A DNA stretch of 64,000 nucleotides from Parcubacteria group bacterium (GCA_041659685.1 JBAZXV010000007.1:6348-70347); one strand, 5' to 3'; shown: positions 1-10,210, counted from the first letter of the stretch. Program-made: numbers and translations. Notes: generated by a model not told the origin, from the letters alone.

Positions 1-129
1 AAAGACATGCTGGACGTCGTTTTAAGAGAGGAAATAAATAGCGGCTTCATAGATGAGCTCCTGAAAAAATATGATAAATTTGGCAACTCATTCTATCCGG
101 TCGCTCCGCCCTACACCGCTCTTCAGTAA
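1..129 (+). CDS. 3' end of a probable polar amino-acid ABC transporter substrate-binding protein (partial)
   Basis: Frame 1 is open from the window start (KDMLDVVLREEINSGFIDELLKKYDK...) to TAA at 127-129. The G..dell.KY end is typical of family 3 SBPs, and it precedes a permease and an ATPase. Confidence 0.7.
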   Translation, partial: KDMLDVVLREEINSGFIDELLKKYDKFGNSFYPVAPPYTALQ

Positions 130-143
130 TTAAGCTTCGAACG

Positions 144-812
144 ATGCTGCTAAATATTTTCAAGGACTATCATGGCGCCATTATCCAGGGGCTTGGTACA
201 ACTCTCGTTATCTCGGGTTGTGCCTGGTTTATCGGGATCACAGGTGGAGTGATTTTTGGATATTTCGCGCAAAAAAGCGAATCTTTTTCCAAAGTTCTGT
301 CTGTGAGTTCGTTTCTGCTGATGAGTATCCCTGTTTTGGTTTTGCTATTTTGGCTCCATTATCCGGCGCAAGCGATTATGGGAATCGTCATAAATCCCTT
401 AATTACAACAATTGTAACATTATCAATCGTGAATATCGTGCTTACTGGAGAAATCATAAAAAAAACTTTGGATGATTTCCCGTTTCAATATGTTTCCGTC
501 GCCAGAGTTTGCGGAATTCCGGAGAAAAAAATATTTTTGAAAATCAAACTTCCAATTATTTTCAGACAAGTTCTGCCAAGCATTATTGTCCTGCAAATTT
601 CAATAATGCAAATGTCTTTGTTTGGAAGTTTAATTTCAGTAGAAGAGATATTCCGAATTGCGCAACAAATAAATTCACAGATTTATAGGCCGGTGGAAAT
701 ATATACGGCGTTGGCGCTTCTCTTTGTTGCAGTTGCTTTACCATTAAATATCCTCGCTCATTATCTTCGCGGGAAATATACAAGGAACTTGTCCGAAGAA
801 AAAAATGATTGA
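144..812 (+). CDS. Polar amino-acid ABC transporter permease (HisM/GlnP family)
   Basis: 222 aa hydrophobic protein; GLGTTL start, IPVLVLLFWLHY, and an EAA-like loop (QYVSVARVCGI). Confidence 0.9.
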   Translation: MLLNIFKDYHGAIIQGLGTTLVISGCAWFIGITGGVIFGYFAQKSESFSKVLSVSSFLLMSIPVLVLLFWLHYPAQAIMGIVINPLITTIVTLSIVNIVLTGEIIKKTLDDFPFQYVSVARVCGIPEKKIFLKIKLPIIFRQVLPSIIVLQISIMQMSLFGSLISVEEIFRIAQQINSQIYRPVEIYTALALLFVAVALPLNILAHYLRGKYTRNLSEEKND

Positions 813-1527
813 ACTAAAAAATATATCGCAAAAATTAAATGACAGAGATATTCTGAATGATATTAATTTGAACTTGAAGACTGGGGAAGTGCTTTCACTG
901 ATAGGTCCGAGTGGCGGCGGCAAAACGACTCTGCTGAAGATATGCGCGCTGCTCGACGCGCCAGCCGGCGGCGATGTTGTCATTGATGGAAAGGACTGTG
1001 TAAAAAATGGAAAATTAGTCGTTGATCCTCACTTAGTTTGGCCCAAAATCACCCTCATTTTTCAGCATTTGTATTTATGGCCGCATTTGACTGCCAGGGA
1101 AAATATCGTATTGCCCCATGGCGATTTTATCGAACAAGAAAAAAGATTAAGCGAATTGTCTGAATTATTCGACCTAGCTTCCCATATGAATAAATATCCC
1201 AATGAACTGTCGGCCGGTCAAAAACAGCGAGTCGCCATTTTGAGGGCGCTCCTCCTGAATCCAAAATATATACTCATGGATGAAATAACCGCGTCTCTTG
1301 ATGTGGAGCAGGCATACAATATCTTGGAAATCGTAGCTGAATTGAAAAATGAGCACGTCGGAATCATTATGGTGACCCACCATTTGGAATTTGCCAAATG
1401 CGTAAGTGACAGAATAGCTTTTTTGGAAAAAGGACATCTTGTGGACATAGGCGGAAAAGAAATGATAGATAATCCCAAAAACGAAAGAGTTGCTGTCTTT
1501 GTAAATAAATTAAAAACGATCAAATAA
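805..1527 (+). CDS. Polar amino-acid ABC transporter ATP-binding protein (GlnQ-like)
   Basis: Walker A GPSGGGKTT, signature LSAGQKQRV, Walker B ILMDE, and H-loop VTHH. Confidence 0.92.
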   Translation: MIELKNISQKLNDRDILNDINLNLKTGEVLSLIGPSGGGKTTLLKICALLDAPAGGDVVIDGKDCVKNGKLVVDPHLVWPKITLIFQHLYLWPHLTARENIVLPHGDFIEQEKRLSELSELFDLASHMNKYPNELSAGQKQRVAILRALLLNPKYILMDEITASLDVEQAYNILEIVAELKNEHVGIIMVTHHLEFAKCVSDRIAFLEKGHLVDIGGKEMIDNPKNERVAVFVNKLKTIK

Positions 1528-1583
1528 ATCATTATTAATATCAAGGCTTTATTGCTTTAAAATCAAGCAGACAGTTTATGTCC

Positions 1584-1635
1584 TTGACAATCGTATATAA
1601 TCGTATATAATTGGATATAGTTAAATATATACGAT
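1584..1635 (+). promoter_or_regulatory. Sigma70-like promoter of fic with overlapping operator-like repeats
   Basis: TTGACA at 1584 and TATAAT at 1606. ATCGTATATA occurs twice in tandem, plus an inverted copy TATATACGAT at about 1626-1635. Confidence 0.6.
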
Positions 1636-1642
1636 AAAAAAT

Positions 1643-2695
1643 ATGGAAAATAGGTTCGAAAAAAGAGTAAAATTAAGCAAAGAAATACTTCAAAAAATAA
1701 GTCGCATAGACGAGTTCAAGGGCCTGTGGAAAGGCAGCTTGAGATTGAGTCCCCAAACGCTGGGACGGCTCAAGAGAAGCGTTCTCATAACCTCGACGGG
1801 GGCTTCCACCCGCATCGAGGGCTCAAAGATGTCCGACGACGAAGTAGCCAGGCTCATTCAGGGGCTCAAGTCAACGCCGCCCAAGGGAAGGGACGCTCAA
1901 GAAGTTGCGGGATATGCCGACCTGCTGGGAAGGATTTTTGATAATTGGAAAACTCTCAAAATAACCGAGGGTCAGATTTTGCATTTTCACAAAATCCTTC
2001 TCAACTTTTCGGAAAAGGACAAAGCTCACGAGGGCAAATACAAAACATCGGACAACAAGGTGGTTATGCGAAAAGAGGACGGCGAAGAAATTGTCATCTT
2101 CAATCCCACGCCGCCATATCTCACCAAAAAGGAAATGGATGACGCGTTGCATTGGCTGAACGAGGAAATGGAAAAGAAAGAAACGCACCCGCTCATTCTC
2201 ATCGCCAATTTCATCTTCGAGTTTTTGGCTATTCATCCGTTCCGCGATGGAAACGGAAGGCTCTCAAGAGCGTTGACTACATTATTGCTTCTCAAGGCTG
2301 GTTATACCTATGTGCCGTATGTTTCATTGGACGAAATAATTGAAGAGAAAAAAATTGACTATTATTTGGCTCTTCGAAAAACCCAGTCCAAGCACAAGAC
2401 GAAAAACGAAGACATCACGTCCTGGCTCAATTTCCTGCTGGATGCCCTTATCGAACAAATCAGAAGGGCGAACGAAATTATGGAAGAAGACCAGCCCGAA
2501 AAACTTCTTTCAGAAAAACAGCTGGCGATTTATCAGTTGTTTCAAGCCGATACATTGAGCGTTTCGGAAATCGACAAACTTCTCAAAAATTCAATTCCTT
2601 TGGCTACGATAAAACAGGCACTGTCCCGCTTGGTTGATTTGAAGTTGATTGAAAGAGTAGGGATGGGAAGGGGAGCGAGATACAAGAAACTGTAG
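1643..2695 (+). CDS. fic: Fic family protein with N-terminal inhibitory helix and C-terminal winged HTH
   Basis: Fic motif HPFRDGNGRLSR; inhibitory motif STRIEG; wHTH-like C-terminus (TIKQALSRLVDLKLIERVGMGRGARY). Confidence 0.92.
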   Translation: MENRFEKRVKLSKEILQKISRIDEFKGLWKGSLRLSPQTLGRLKRSVLITSTGASTRIEGSKMSDDEVARLIQGLKSTPPKGRDAQEVAGYADLLGRIFDNWKTLKITEGQILHFHKILLNFSEKDKAHEGKYKTSDNKVVMRKEDGEEIVIFNPTPPYLTKKEMDDALHWLNEEMEKKETHPLILIANFIFEFLAIHPFRDGNGRLSRALTTLLLLKAGYTYVPYVSLDEIIEEKKIDYYLALRKTQSKHKTKNEDITSWLNFLLDALIEQIRRANEIMEEDQPEKLLSEKQLAIYQLFQADTLSVSEIDKLLKNSIPLATIKQALSRLVDLKLIERVGMGRGARYKKL

Positions 2696-2715
2696 GTAGT
2701 TTTTTCTGCTATCAA

Positions 2716-2746
2716 AAAACAAGAGAGTATAATACTCTCTTGTTTT
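2716..2746. terminator. Probable bidirectional intrinsic terminator
   Basis: Perfect inverted repeat AAAACAAGAGAGTAT-A-ATACTCTCTTGTTTT between convergent genes. Confidence 0.65.
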
Positions 2747-2942
2747 GTTTACTAAACCGGAACAGACCGAATTTTCTCCTTTTGGATTGCGGGCTGTAAT
2801 CAGTCGCTCGTAGTGAGGCGGGGGCAGCTTTATCGTGAAGGAAAAAGGTATTGTTTTTTCAAAACTATCGCTTGCAGAATGTCTGATTGTGTTCGCTCCG
2901 TGCCGACTTTTAGCGACATAGGGCATTAATTTATTGATTTGA

Positions 2943-3899
2943 TTATATCCTGTGCTCCAGGATCTTTCTGATAAAATGATCTTTCAATTCTTCGCCAGTT
3001 CCCGCGCACAATTGAATTGTGCCTTTTTGGAGCTTGTGCGTCAATTTTCTCGTTAGCATTTTAAAATATATGAACAATTCTATCATTTTGAACTCCCTAT
3101 GCAACTTTTCCGAATCCCCGCTGTATTTTTCCAAATAGGATTTTATCAGATTGTTATGCCACTCAGTCACGCCATATTGATCCGTGAGGGTGCTGACGTG
3201 GGCGAACTCAAATGCGATGGGGGCGATCAGGGATCTGTCCCAGTCGATCAGCGCCTTAATTTTGTTTTCAGAAACAAGGACATTTTTGAAATTTACGTCT
3301 CCGTGCAGAAAACAATGCGGAGAATAATTCTTGAAATATTCATATATTTCCGGCAAGTCGTTGAAGCGCTCTTCCAGTTTTTCAAAAATATTATCAGACT
3401 CCAAAGTACTCTTTATTCTTTTGTGGTATGCAGAGAAGTATTCATAAAGGTCTCTTTTTCCGTTCGGAAACATATCGGAAAAATTTTTCTGTTTGAGGCT
3501 GTGAAGATTGATTAAAAAACCGGAGAGTTCGTTCAGGTTAAATTCACTGCCCGCTACCGCATTGAATTCCTCGGGTTCCAAGATTTCTCCTTCAATGAAT
3601 TCCAAAAAAGTTACATAACCCGGAAAACCGGGGCAAGAATTCAGGCATTTCACGAGTTTCGGGGATTTATCCGGCCCAAGAATATCATTTGCCGTTCTAA
3701 TGGCGGTTTTTTCTTTGAGTCCCTTCCCTCTCTTGAGATCCCATTCGTCAAATCCGATCTTTGCCACAAGTTTTCTGCCGCTTTTAAAATTTATTTTATA
3801 AGCGACGGTCGTTAAAGCGAGCGGAAAAACCGAAAGCTTTTCCAGAATTTCATCCGGGAATTCTTTTTTGATTAGTTTTTTTAACTCGGCTTGGAACAT
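2943..3899 (-). CDS. Aminoglycoside phosphotransferase/choline kinase-like phosphotransferase
   Basis: Brenner motif HGDVNFKNVL and ALIDWD; VAKI lysine motif near the N-terminus. Confidence 0.85.
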   Translation of the reverse strand: MFQAELKKLIKKEFPDEILEKLSVFPLALTTVAYKINFKSGRKLVAKIGFDEWDLKRGKGLKEKTAIRTANDILGPDKSPKLVKCLNSCPGFPGYVTFLEFIEGEILEPEEFNAVAGSEFNLNELSGFLINLHSLKQKNFSDMFPNGKRDLYEYFSAYHKRIKSTLESDNIFEKLEERFNDLPEIYEYFKNYSPHCFLHGDVNFKNVLVSENKIKALIDWDRSLIAPIAFEFAHVSTLTDQYGVTEWHNNLIKSYLEKYSGDSEKLHREFKMIELFIYFKMLTRKLTHKLQKGTIQLCAGTGEELKDHFIRKILEHRI

Positions 3900-4193
3900 A
3901 ATGAATTATAAATTTATCCAGTTTGTCGTTTCATGTTGACGGTTTCGGGTTTTTTTAACTCAACACCGAAAATATCTGCGAAGAAAATTGTATTAGCGCT
4001 CTAAATCGATCTTTGATTATATATCGATTCTGGAAATAATTTTCCCGAACTATTAATATAATTAAGCAGATTTATATATTTTTAGCCAGTTAATCAGATT
4101 CCGGAATTAAATTTTTCCGGTAAGGATTATTTTTTTGAAAGGGCGGACCATTGATCCGCCCTGACTATTATCTCTCTCGTACTCAATTCCGAT

Positions 4194-5111
4194 TTAGTTT
4201 CCGGGAACAATCAAATCAAACTTTTCTTTTTTGCCATATGCCTTTGGCCCGTAGTCTCGGCAGTAGGCTTCAATATTTTTTTTGAAATAAGGCGGCTTAG
4301 ACTCCTGAATTTTTCCGACAAGATAATAAGTAAGGCAAAGCATAAGACCAAAACTCGCTGAAGTTGGAAGGGCTATATTCCATCGGTGTTTGGGGTGTCC
4401 GAAATATTTGTTTTTTATTCCGATGCCTATAACCAATTCTTTTTCCGACGGGACGACGAATTTGGCATGCCGGGCGTGCCCTTCCGGGAAAGCTCTCAGC
4501 GACAGATGCGATCCAAAGAGCTCGCTTTTTTTGATATCGAGCATTGGGCAGATATTCCCAAATCGATCCGGCAAAACGAAAGTGTAGCTTTGATAAGCGG
4601 AAAAATTTTTCGGAAGCCTCAGTCTTTTTATGAAACTTTTTATTTTCTTTGGATTTTCTCCAGTCGCGGAAAGTATCATTCCAAGGTAAGTTGATACATT
4701 ATATGTATATGGTTCAGCGATTTTACGATAGGCGAATGCCTTGTCTGCGATCTTGGCGGCGGACGATTCGGCGCTGCAAGTCAGAAGCGTGGTTTTCAGT
4801 CTGTACTTTTTAGCAAGCTCTGCTTCCCAGACAGAATCTTTTTCTCCCGAGGCGGAGATGACGATTGCGTCTTTGATCAGCCTTTTTTTGATAATCGGAT
4901 GATAGGAATTAATAATATTTTTGAAATTGCTTTCGTCGGCAAAAATGGCGGCCTTATCAGAAAACAAAATGAGTCCGGTATTATATGCATTGCCGCTGCC
5001 GATCACGAACGGGAGGCTGAATTTTTTCAGATCGAGTCTTGGCGGCTTGTTCTCGGAAAAAAAGTCCAAGGCTTTTACTGTGCTCTCGTTAAGACTGTCG
5101 ATTTTAATCAT
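4194..5111 (-). CDS. SIS-domain (sugar isomerase-like) protein
   Basis: VIGSGNAYNTG and IVISASGEKDS resemble SIS phosphosugar-binding loops; divergent from a GDP-mannose cluster. Confidence 0.6.
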   Translation of the reverse strand: MIKIDSLNESTVKALDFFSENKPPRLDLKKFSLPFVIGSGNAYNTGLILFSDKAAIFADESNFKNIINSYHPIIKKRLIKDAIVISASGEKDSVWEAELAKKYRLKTTLLTCSAESSAAKIADKAFAYRKIAEPYTYNVSTYLGMILSATGENPKKIKSFIKRLRLPKNFSAYQSYTFVLPDRFGNICPMLDIKKSELFGSHLSLRAFPEGHARHAKFVVPSEKELVIGIGIKNKYFGHPKHRWNIALPTSASFGLMLCLTYYLVGKIQESKPPYFKKNIEAYCRDYGPKAYGKKEKFDLIVPGN

Positions 5112-5551
5112 GAAGATGTTTTAAGGTTTATGCTTTAATTGTAATATAGAAAACGGATTTTTCCAAAGTTGGGCAATTTTATTTTCCAGGAATTTGGCTG
5201 GCGGAGGCTGATATTTTGGATTGCCTGGCGCGGGTATTCAGCTTAAAAACAATAGGGGGTCCGAAACGGCCATTGCAAATGTAGCGATTGTTGCGGCCTC
5301 TCCTGATGCTTTTCGCCGCATGATAAGAAAATTATTTTCGCCGATTAATCAGGCTCCGGACGAAGCAGTCAATAATCGCGTTTCGGACAGGTGTGATTTT
5401 CCGACAAGGATCAGGGCGGGCTTTTTCCTGGCTAGGCGCCAAACGCAGATATTCCCGCTGAAGACAGGACTGCGTCCAGGGGAATTTACGAGAAATCAAA
5501 AAATATGCATTCGTAATTTATGGCTTATAAATAGGATAATAATACATGGGG

Positions 5552-5608
5552 TTGACACCTGTTTTTCATGCGTTATCATAAGGTAGTGATTCGTATGATG
5601 ATATCATA
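5552..5608 (+). promoter_or_regulatory. Promoter and candidate RHH operator
   Basis: TTGACA at 5552, TATCAT at 5574, and palindrome TATGAT-gat-ATCATA at 5594-5608. Confidence 0.45.
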
Positions 5609-5631
5609 ATTTTAATTTTTAAATAAAAAAA

Positions 5632-6462
5632 ATGCTTCGCCAAAGGCTAACGATAACGCTGGACGATCAACTCTTGTCAAAAATAGACAAACGGGTTGAC
5701 GGGCATAAAATCCGGAATCGGTCCCATGCCATCGAATCGATTCTGAATGAAAAACTTCAAAGCAAGATTCTCAAAAAAGCAATTGTGCTTGGCGGCGGGA
5801 AGGGAATTGAATTCGAAGGCAAGACGATTTCCAAACTGCTCCTTCCCATAAACGGTAAATCGCTTATTGAAAAAAACATCGAAATTTTGAAAGAGCACGG
5901 AATCACTGATTTGATTTTATCTTTAGGGGGGCTGGGCGATCAGATACGGGAAAAACTTGGAGACGGATCCAAATATGGCATAAAAGTATTATATTTTGAA
6001 CGGGATCGGGGCACGGCGGGCGTTTTGAGGCAGGCCAAAAGCATTTTGGATGAGACGTTTTTAATGATGAACGGCGACATATACCTTGAGAATATTGATC
6101 TTTTGGATATGTATGATTTTCACAAAAATCGCAAAGCTAAATCAACAATTTTATTGACTACCATAGACGATCCTTCTCTTTTTGGTTCAGTATTGCTAAA
6201 GGGTGATATCATTAAAAAGTTTTCCGAAAAACCGCGTCCGCAGGAATCTTATTCTCACTTAATTAACGGCGGAGTCTATCTTTTTGAGCCCGAAGTTTGC
6301 TCCATGGTTTCCCCGGAAACCATTTCTCTCGAAGGCGATATCTTTCCAAAGCTGGCTGAAGATCATAAGCTTTACGGATATTTCCTTGATAACCGATGGA
6401 TCCATCTTCACAACAAGGAAAAGTACTCCGAATATATTAATTTGATAAGGGAACAAAAATAA
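5632..6462 (+). CDS. Ribbon-helix-helix domain fused to an NDP-sugar pyrophosphorylase-like domain
   Basis: N-terminal RQRLTITLDDQLLSKID...NRSHAIE is CopG/NikR-like. It is followed by KAIVLGGGKG, GTAG, MMNGD, FSEKP and INGGVYLFEP. Confidence 0.85.
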   Translation: MLRQRLTITLDDQLLSKIDKRVDGHKIRNRSHAIESILNEKLQSKILKKAIVLGGGKGIEFEGKTISKLLLPINGKSLIEKNIEILKEHGITDLILSLGGLGDQIREKLGDGSKYGIKVLYFERDRGTAGVLRQAKSILDETFLMMNGDIYLENIDLLDMYDFHKNRKAKSTILLTTIDDPSLFGSVLLKGDIIKKFSEKPRPQESYSHLINGGVYLFEPEVCSMVSPETISLEGDIFPKLAEDHKLYGYFLDNRWIHLHNKEKYSEYINLIREQK

Positions 6463-7535
6463 TGAAGTGTGTTATCATGGCAGGCGGAAAAGGGACGAGG
6501 CTTTGGCCGATCAGCCGCAAAGAAAGGCCAAAACAATTCCAGTGTCTCTTTTCGGAAAAAACAATGCTGCAGGAAACATTTTTGCGGCTTCGCAAGAAAT
6601 TCGATCTTAAAGATATTTATGTTTCAACCAACGAAGAATATGTCAGTGAAGTAGAGAGGGAGGTTCTTGAACTGCCCAAGGGAAATATTATAGGGGAGCC
6701 GGCATCCCGCGGGTCGGCGGCAAGCATTGCCTTAACAGCGGCTGTTTTATCCAAGCGTGATGGTGACGAATCGGTGGCATTTTTCCCCGCGGATCACTAT
6801 ATCAAAAACCCAGAGGTGCTGATCGATGCCTTAGGCGCGGCAGATCGATTCCTGGAAAAAAATCCGGACAGCATAATGACTTTTGCGATTAACCCGACTT
6901 CCCCCGAAACGGGCTTTGGCTACATAGAAAAAGGAGATATATTGGAAAAGGAGAATGAATTTGAGGTATTTAAAACCAAAAGGTTCGTGGAAAAACCGGA
7001 TATGGCGACGGCGCAGAAATATCTTGATTCCGGAAATTTTTTCTGGAGCAGCGGTATGTATGTGATGAAAATGAAATCGGTAATCAAGAAATTTGAAAAA
7101 TACATTCCCGATACCTATAACAGGCTGATAAGCATAAAAGAATCGGTAGACACTGAAAAATATCAAGATGTCCTGCTGGAAGAATATCCGGAAATGGACA
7201 AGATAGATTTCGCGTTCAGTATTGTGGAGAACGACGATCAGGTGGTGGTGATGCCCCTCGCGCTTGAGTGGAGCGACGTGGGCTCCTGGGCATCTCTCAA
7301 GGACACGCTGATCAAAAACGGAAGCGACCATTTTGTGAAAGGGGAACATATTGATTTTGAAAGCGAAAACCTGCTGGTTTACGGCGCAAAAAAACTTATT
7401 ACTACCATTGGTGTTAAGGATCTGATTATCGTGGACGGGGAAGATTCAATATTGATTTGTGACCGCAACAAAGCGCGCCTTGTTTCCGACGTGGTAAAAA
7501 AACTTGAAGAATCTGGAAAAATTTCTCTGTTGTAA
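6462..7535 (+). CDS. manC: Mannose-1-phosphate guanylyltransferase
   Basis: IMAGGKGTRLWPISR, PADH, PETGFGYIE, FVEKP, WSDVGSW. Confidence 0.93.
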   Translation: MKCVIMAGGKGTRLWPISRKERPKQFQCLFSEKTMLQETFLRLRKKFDLKDIYVSTNEEYVSEVEREVLELPKGNIIGEPASRGSAASIALTAAVLSKRDGDESVAFFPADHYIKNPEVLIDALGAADRFLEKNPDSIMTFAINPTSPETGFGYIEKGDILEKENEFEVFKTKRFVEKPDMATAQKYLDSGNFFWSSGMYVMKMKSVIKKFEKYIPDTYNRLISIKESVDTEKYQDVLLEEYPEMDKIDFAFSIVENDDQVVVMPLALEWSDVGSWASLKDTLIKNGSDHFVKGEHIDFESENLLVYGAKKLITTIGVKDLIIVDGEDSILICDRNKARLVSDVVKKLEESGKISLL

Positions 7536-7553
7536 ATATTCATATTTAAAATA

Positions 7554-8558
7554 ATGGAAAAACCAAAAGTATTAGTAACTGGCGGAGCCGGTTTTATCGG
7601 ATCGAATTTCAGCAATATCAACAAAGATAAATACGACATTGTTGTTCTCGATAATTTATTGATGGGCGATCCGGATAATATAGAGGATAAGGAAAAGATA
7701 AAATATATTAAGGGCGATGCGTGCGAGATCGAAGATCTTCAAAAATGCGGAAACAGTTTTGATTACGTCATACATCTTGCCGGCACCTCGACAGCCCCCC
7801 TTTTTATGGACAAAGGTTTCGTTGACGGCTATGTGAATTCGGTAAAGAGTTTCGTGCGGGCCCTGGAGTATGCCCGCGAGTCGGGAGCGAAAAAATTTCT
7901 TTACGCCTCGACTTCATCGCTTTATGGAAATAATCCGGTTCCGCTGACTGAAGATCAGCATGTGGTTCCGCCCAATCATTATTCTGTCACGAAACAGCTT
8001 TATGAAAATTGTTCGGCTTGCTACCAAAAGGTGTATTCGGAAATGGACATAATCGGCTTTCGTTTTATGTCTGTGTATGGACCAAACGAGGAGGCGAAGG
8101 GGCCTTTTGCGAACATTATCTCTCAGTTTATTTGGGATATTGTCCGAGGCCGTTCGCCGATAATTTATGGTGACGGATCGCAATACCGGGATTTTACCAA
8201 TGTTCGCGATGTTGTGCAGGGTTTGACACTTGCCATTGAAACGAAAGAGCCTCTGGGGAATGAAGTCTTTAATATCGGGACGGGAGAGTATGCTTCGCTC
8301 AAAGAGATAGCAGAAATGATTAACATCGAAGCGCGAAAGCATGGTATCGAAAAACTGGAACCGGAACATATTCCAAATCCTGTAAAGGAAGGTTATGTAA
8401 AATCACAATGCGCGGATATTTCCAAGATCAGCCGGCGGTTGGGATATAATCCCAACGTGAAGCTGAAAGAAGGAATTTCAGAACAAGTGGCCAATGTGAA
8501 GAAAGATAAAATTCGAAAAACAAGTTCGGATCTTCTTCGAGAAAAAAAAGGTTCTTAA
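7554..8558 (+). CDS. NAD-dependent epimerase/dehydratase (extended SDR)
   Basis: TGGAGFIGS, YSVTK catalytic motif, GDGSQYRDFT. Confidence 0.9.
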   Translation: MEKPKVLVTGGAGFIGSNFSNINKDKYDIVVLDNLLMGDPDNIEDKEKIKYIKGDACEIEDLQKCGNSFDYVIHLAGTSTAPLFMDKGFVDGYVNSVKSFVRALEYARESGAKKFLYASTSSLYGNNPVPLTEDQHVVPPNHYSVTKQLYENCSACYQKVYSEMDIIGFRFMSVYGPNEEAKGPFANIISQFIWDIVRGRSPIIYGDGSQYRDFTNVRDVVQGLTLAIETKEPLGNEVFNIGTGEYASLKEIAEMINIEARKHGIEKLEPEHIPNPVKEGYVKSQCADISKISRRLGYNPNVKLKEGISEQVANVKKDKIRKTSSDLLREKKGS

Positions 8559-8640
8559 GGCTTTGAAAATAAAATTTGCTGGTGCAAATTTAATCACTGA
8601 GAAATCAGGGTGAAAATAAGTATTAATTAATAAAAAAATC

Positions 8641-10005
8641 ATGGAAACAAAAAAATCGGACAGCTTGAACGAAAAAATTTTCAAAGCCTATGACATTCGG
8701 GGGGTTTATCCCGATGAAATTAATGAAGATGCGGCGTATCTGATCGGAAAAGCATTTGTTGAATTTTTGGGCTGCAAATCTGTTGTAGTCGGGCGTGATA
8801 TGAGAAAATCTTCGCCCAGCCTTTTCGAATCGCTTGTGAAGGGGATCACCGAGCAGGGAGCGGATGTGATTGATATAGGAATGGTTGCGACGCCAATGCT
8901 CAGCTTTGCTGTCATGCAGTGGAACAGCGAGGCCGGAATCATGGTGAGTGCGTCCCATAATCCGGCGCAGTACAACGCTTTCAAACTAATCCAAAACAAG
9001 AACGGTCTTGCTCTTCAAATATACGGAGGCGGCGGCATAGATGAAATAAAAAAAATATGCATTGCGTCAGAGTTCAGGAAATCAGAGAAAAGGGGGACAG
9101 TTGAAAAAAAATCGATAAATGAAGATTACAAAAGCCGTCTGCTGTCGGTCGCTCAGGGCATAAAAGATCTGAAGATAGTCTGTGACTATGGAAACGGCGT
9201 CGGTTCAATTTCTGCCATGCCCGCACTGGATGTGCTTCCAATAAAAGTTACGCATATGTTTGCCGAACCCGACGGTGACTTCCCAAATCACGCTCCGAAT
9301 CCTCACGATATTGAAAACTTGATTTTTCTCCAGAAAAAAGTTGTCGAAGAAAAAGCTGATCTTGGAATTTTTTTCGACGGAGACGCTGATCGGAGCCAGT
9401 TGGTAAACGAAAAAGGAGAAATTATCTTTCCAGATATGGCGCTGGGCATTTTAGCGCTTGAAGAGCTGGCCAATAAGGGGAAAGGCAAGGTTTTTCACGA
9501 CCTTAGATTTACCAAGGCTGTTTCAGAGAGCATAGGGGAGCACGGGGGCGAAGCGGTGATGATGAGGGTTGGGAACCCTTTTTACAAGGAAGCTCTGAAT
9601 GACGAACAAGGACTGCTCGCAGGAGAGTTTTCGGGGCACATAATGTTCCGCGAATTTTATGGCATTGATGACGGTCTGTATTCCGCCCTTAAATTCATGA
9701 GTATAATGTGCAAGCAAGGAAAAAAAGCCAGCGAACTCGCAATTCCCTTTCAGAAATATTTTCAAACTGAAGAGATAAATATGAAAGTTTCGGACGCAGA
9801 TGCGGCAATGGACAAGGTTAAAGAAAAATATTCAGGCGGGAAACTTATTGCGATTGACGGGATCCTGATCGATTCCGGAGATTGGTGGCTGTCGCTTCGA
9901 AAATCAAACACTGAACCGCTGGTGAGGCTTCGGATCGAGGCAGAAAAAAAAGAGATACTGGACGAGAAGCGCAAGGAAGTGCTTTCCGTGATAGAGTCGG
10001 CCTAA
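8641..10005 (+). CDS. manB: Phosphomannomutase/phosphoglucomutase
   Basis: FKAYDIRG, SASHNP, DGDADR, GEFSGH, SNTEP. Confidence 0.93.
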   Translation: METKKSDSLNEKIFKAYDIRGVYPDEINEDAAYLIGKAFVEFLGCKSVVVGRDMRKSSPSLFESLVKGITEQGADVIDIGMVATPMLSFAVMQWNSEAGIMVSASHNPAQYNAFKLIQNKNGLALQIYGGGGIDEIKKICIASEFRKSEKRGTVEKKSINEDYKSRLLSVAQGIKDLKIVCDYGNGVGSISAMPALDVLPIKVTHMFAEPDGDFPNHAPNPHDIENLIFLQKKVVEEKADLGIFFDGDADRSQLVNEKGEIIFPDMALGILALEELANKGKGKVFHDLRFTKAVSESIGEHGGEAVMMRVGNPFYKEALNDEQGLLAGEFSGHIMFREFYGIDDGLYSALKFMSIMCKQGKKASELAIPFQKYFQTEEINMKVSDADAAMDKVKEKYSGGKLIAIDGILIDSGDWWLSLRKSNTEPLVRLRIEAEKKEILDEKRKEVLSVIESA

Positions 10006-10200
10006 GAGCCTGTTTCAAAAGTCCGTATTCTGCTGCCATCCCTTCGGGAGATCACCCGCGGGGTGACAATTTCACAATTTCGGCTGCAAACAATTCACCG
10101 CTCGTCGGCATATACGCTGTATATTCCTCATCACGCTTCATTGTTTTCGCTCGAAATTTTGAAATTTCGCGACGGAAGAGACTTTCAAAACAGGCTTTAA
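10003..10200. mobile_element. MITE-like palindromic element (about 192 bp) with terminal inverted repeats and TAA flanks
   Basis: Left TIR GAGCCTGTTTCAAAAGTC (10006-10023) and right TIR GACTTTCAAAACAGGCTT (10180-10197), with TAA on both sides. It has a long internal imperfect inverted repeat and no ORF. Confidence 0.7.
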
Positions 10201-10210
10201 GTTAAACGAA

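Noticed and set aside
2591-2926. 111-aa minus-strand ORF
   Set aside because: It runs through a terminator hairpin into fic with no motif support; a shorter peptide cannot be excluded.
5221-5586. 121-aa ORF in the divergent intergenic region
   Set aside because: TTG start, no recognisable motif, and it overlaps the downstream promoter; treated as non-coding.
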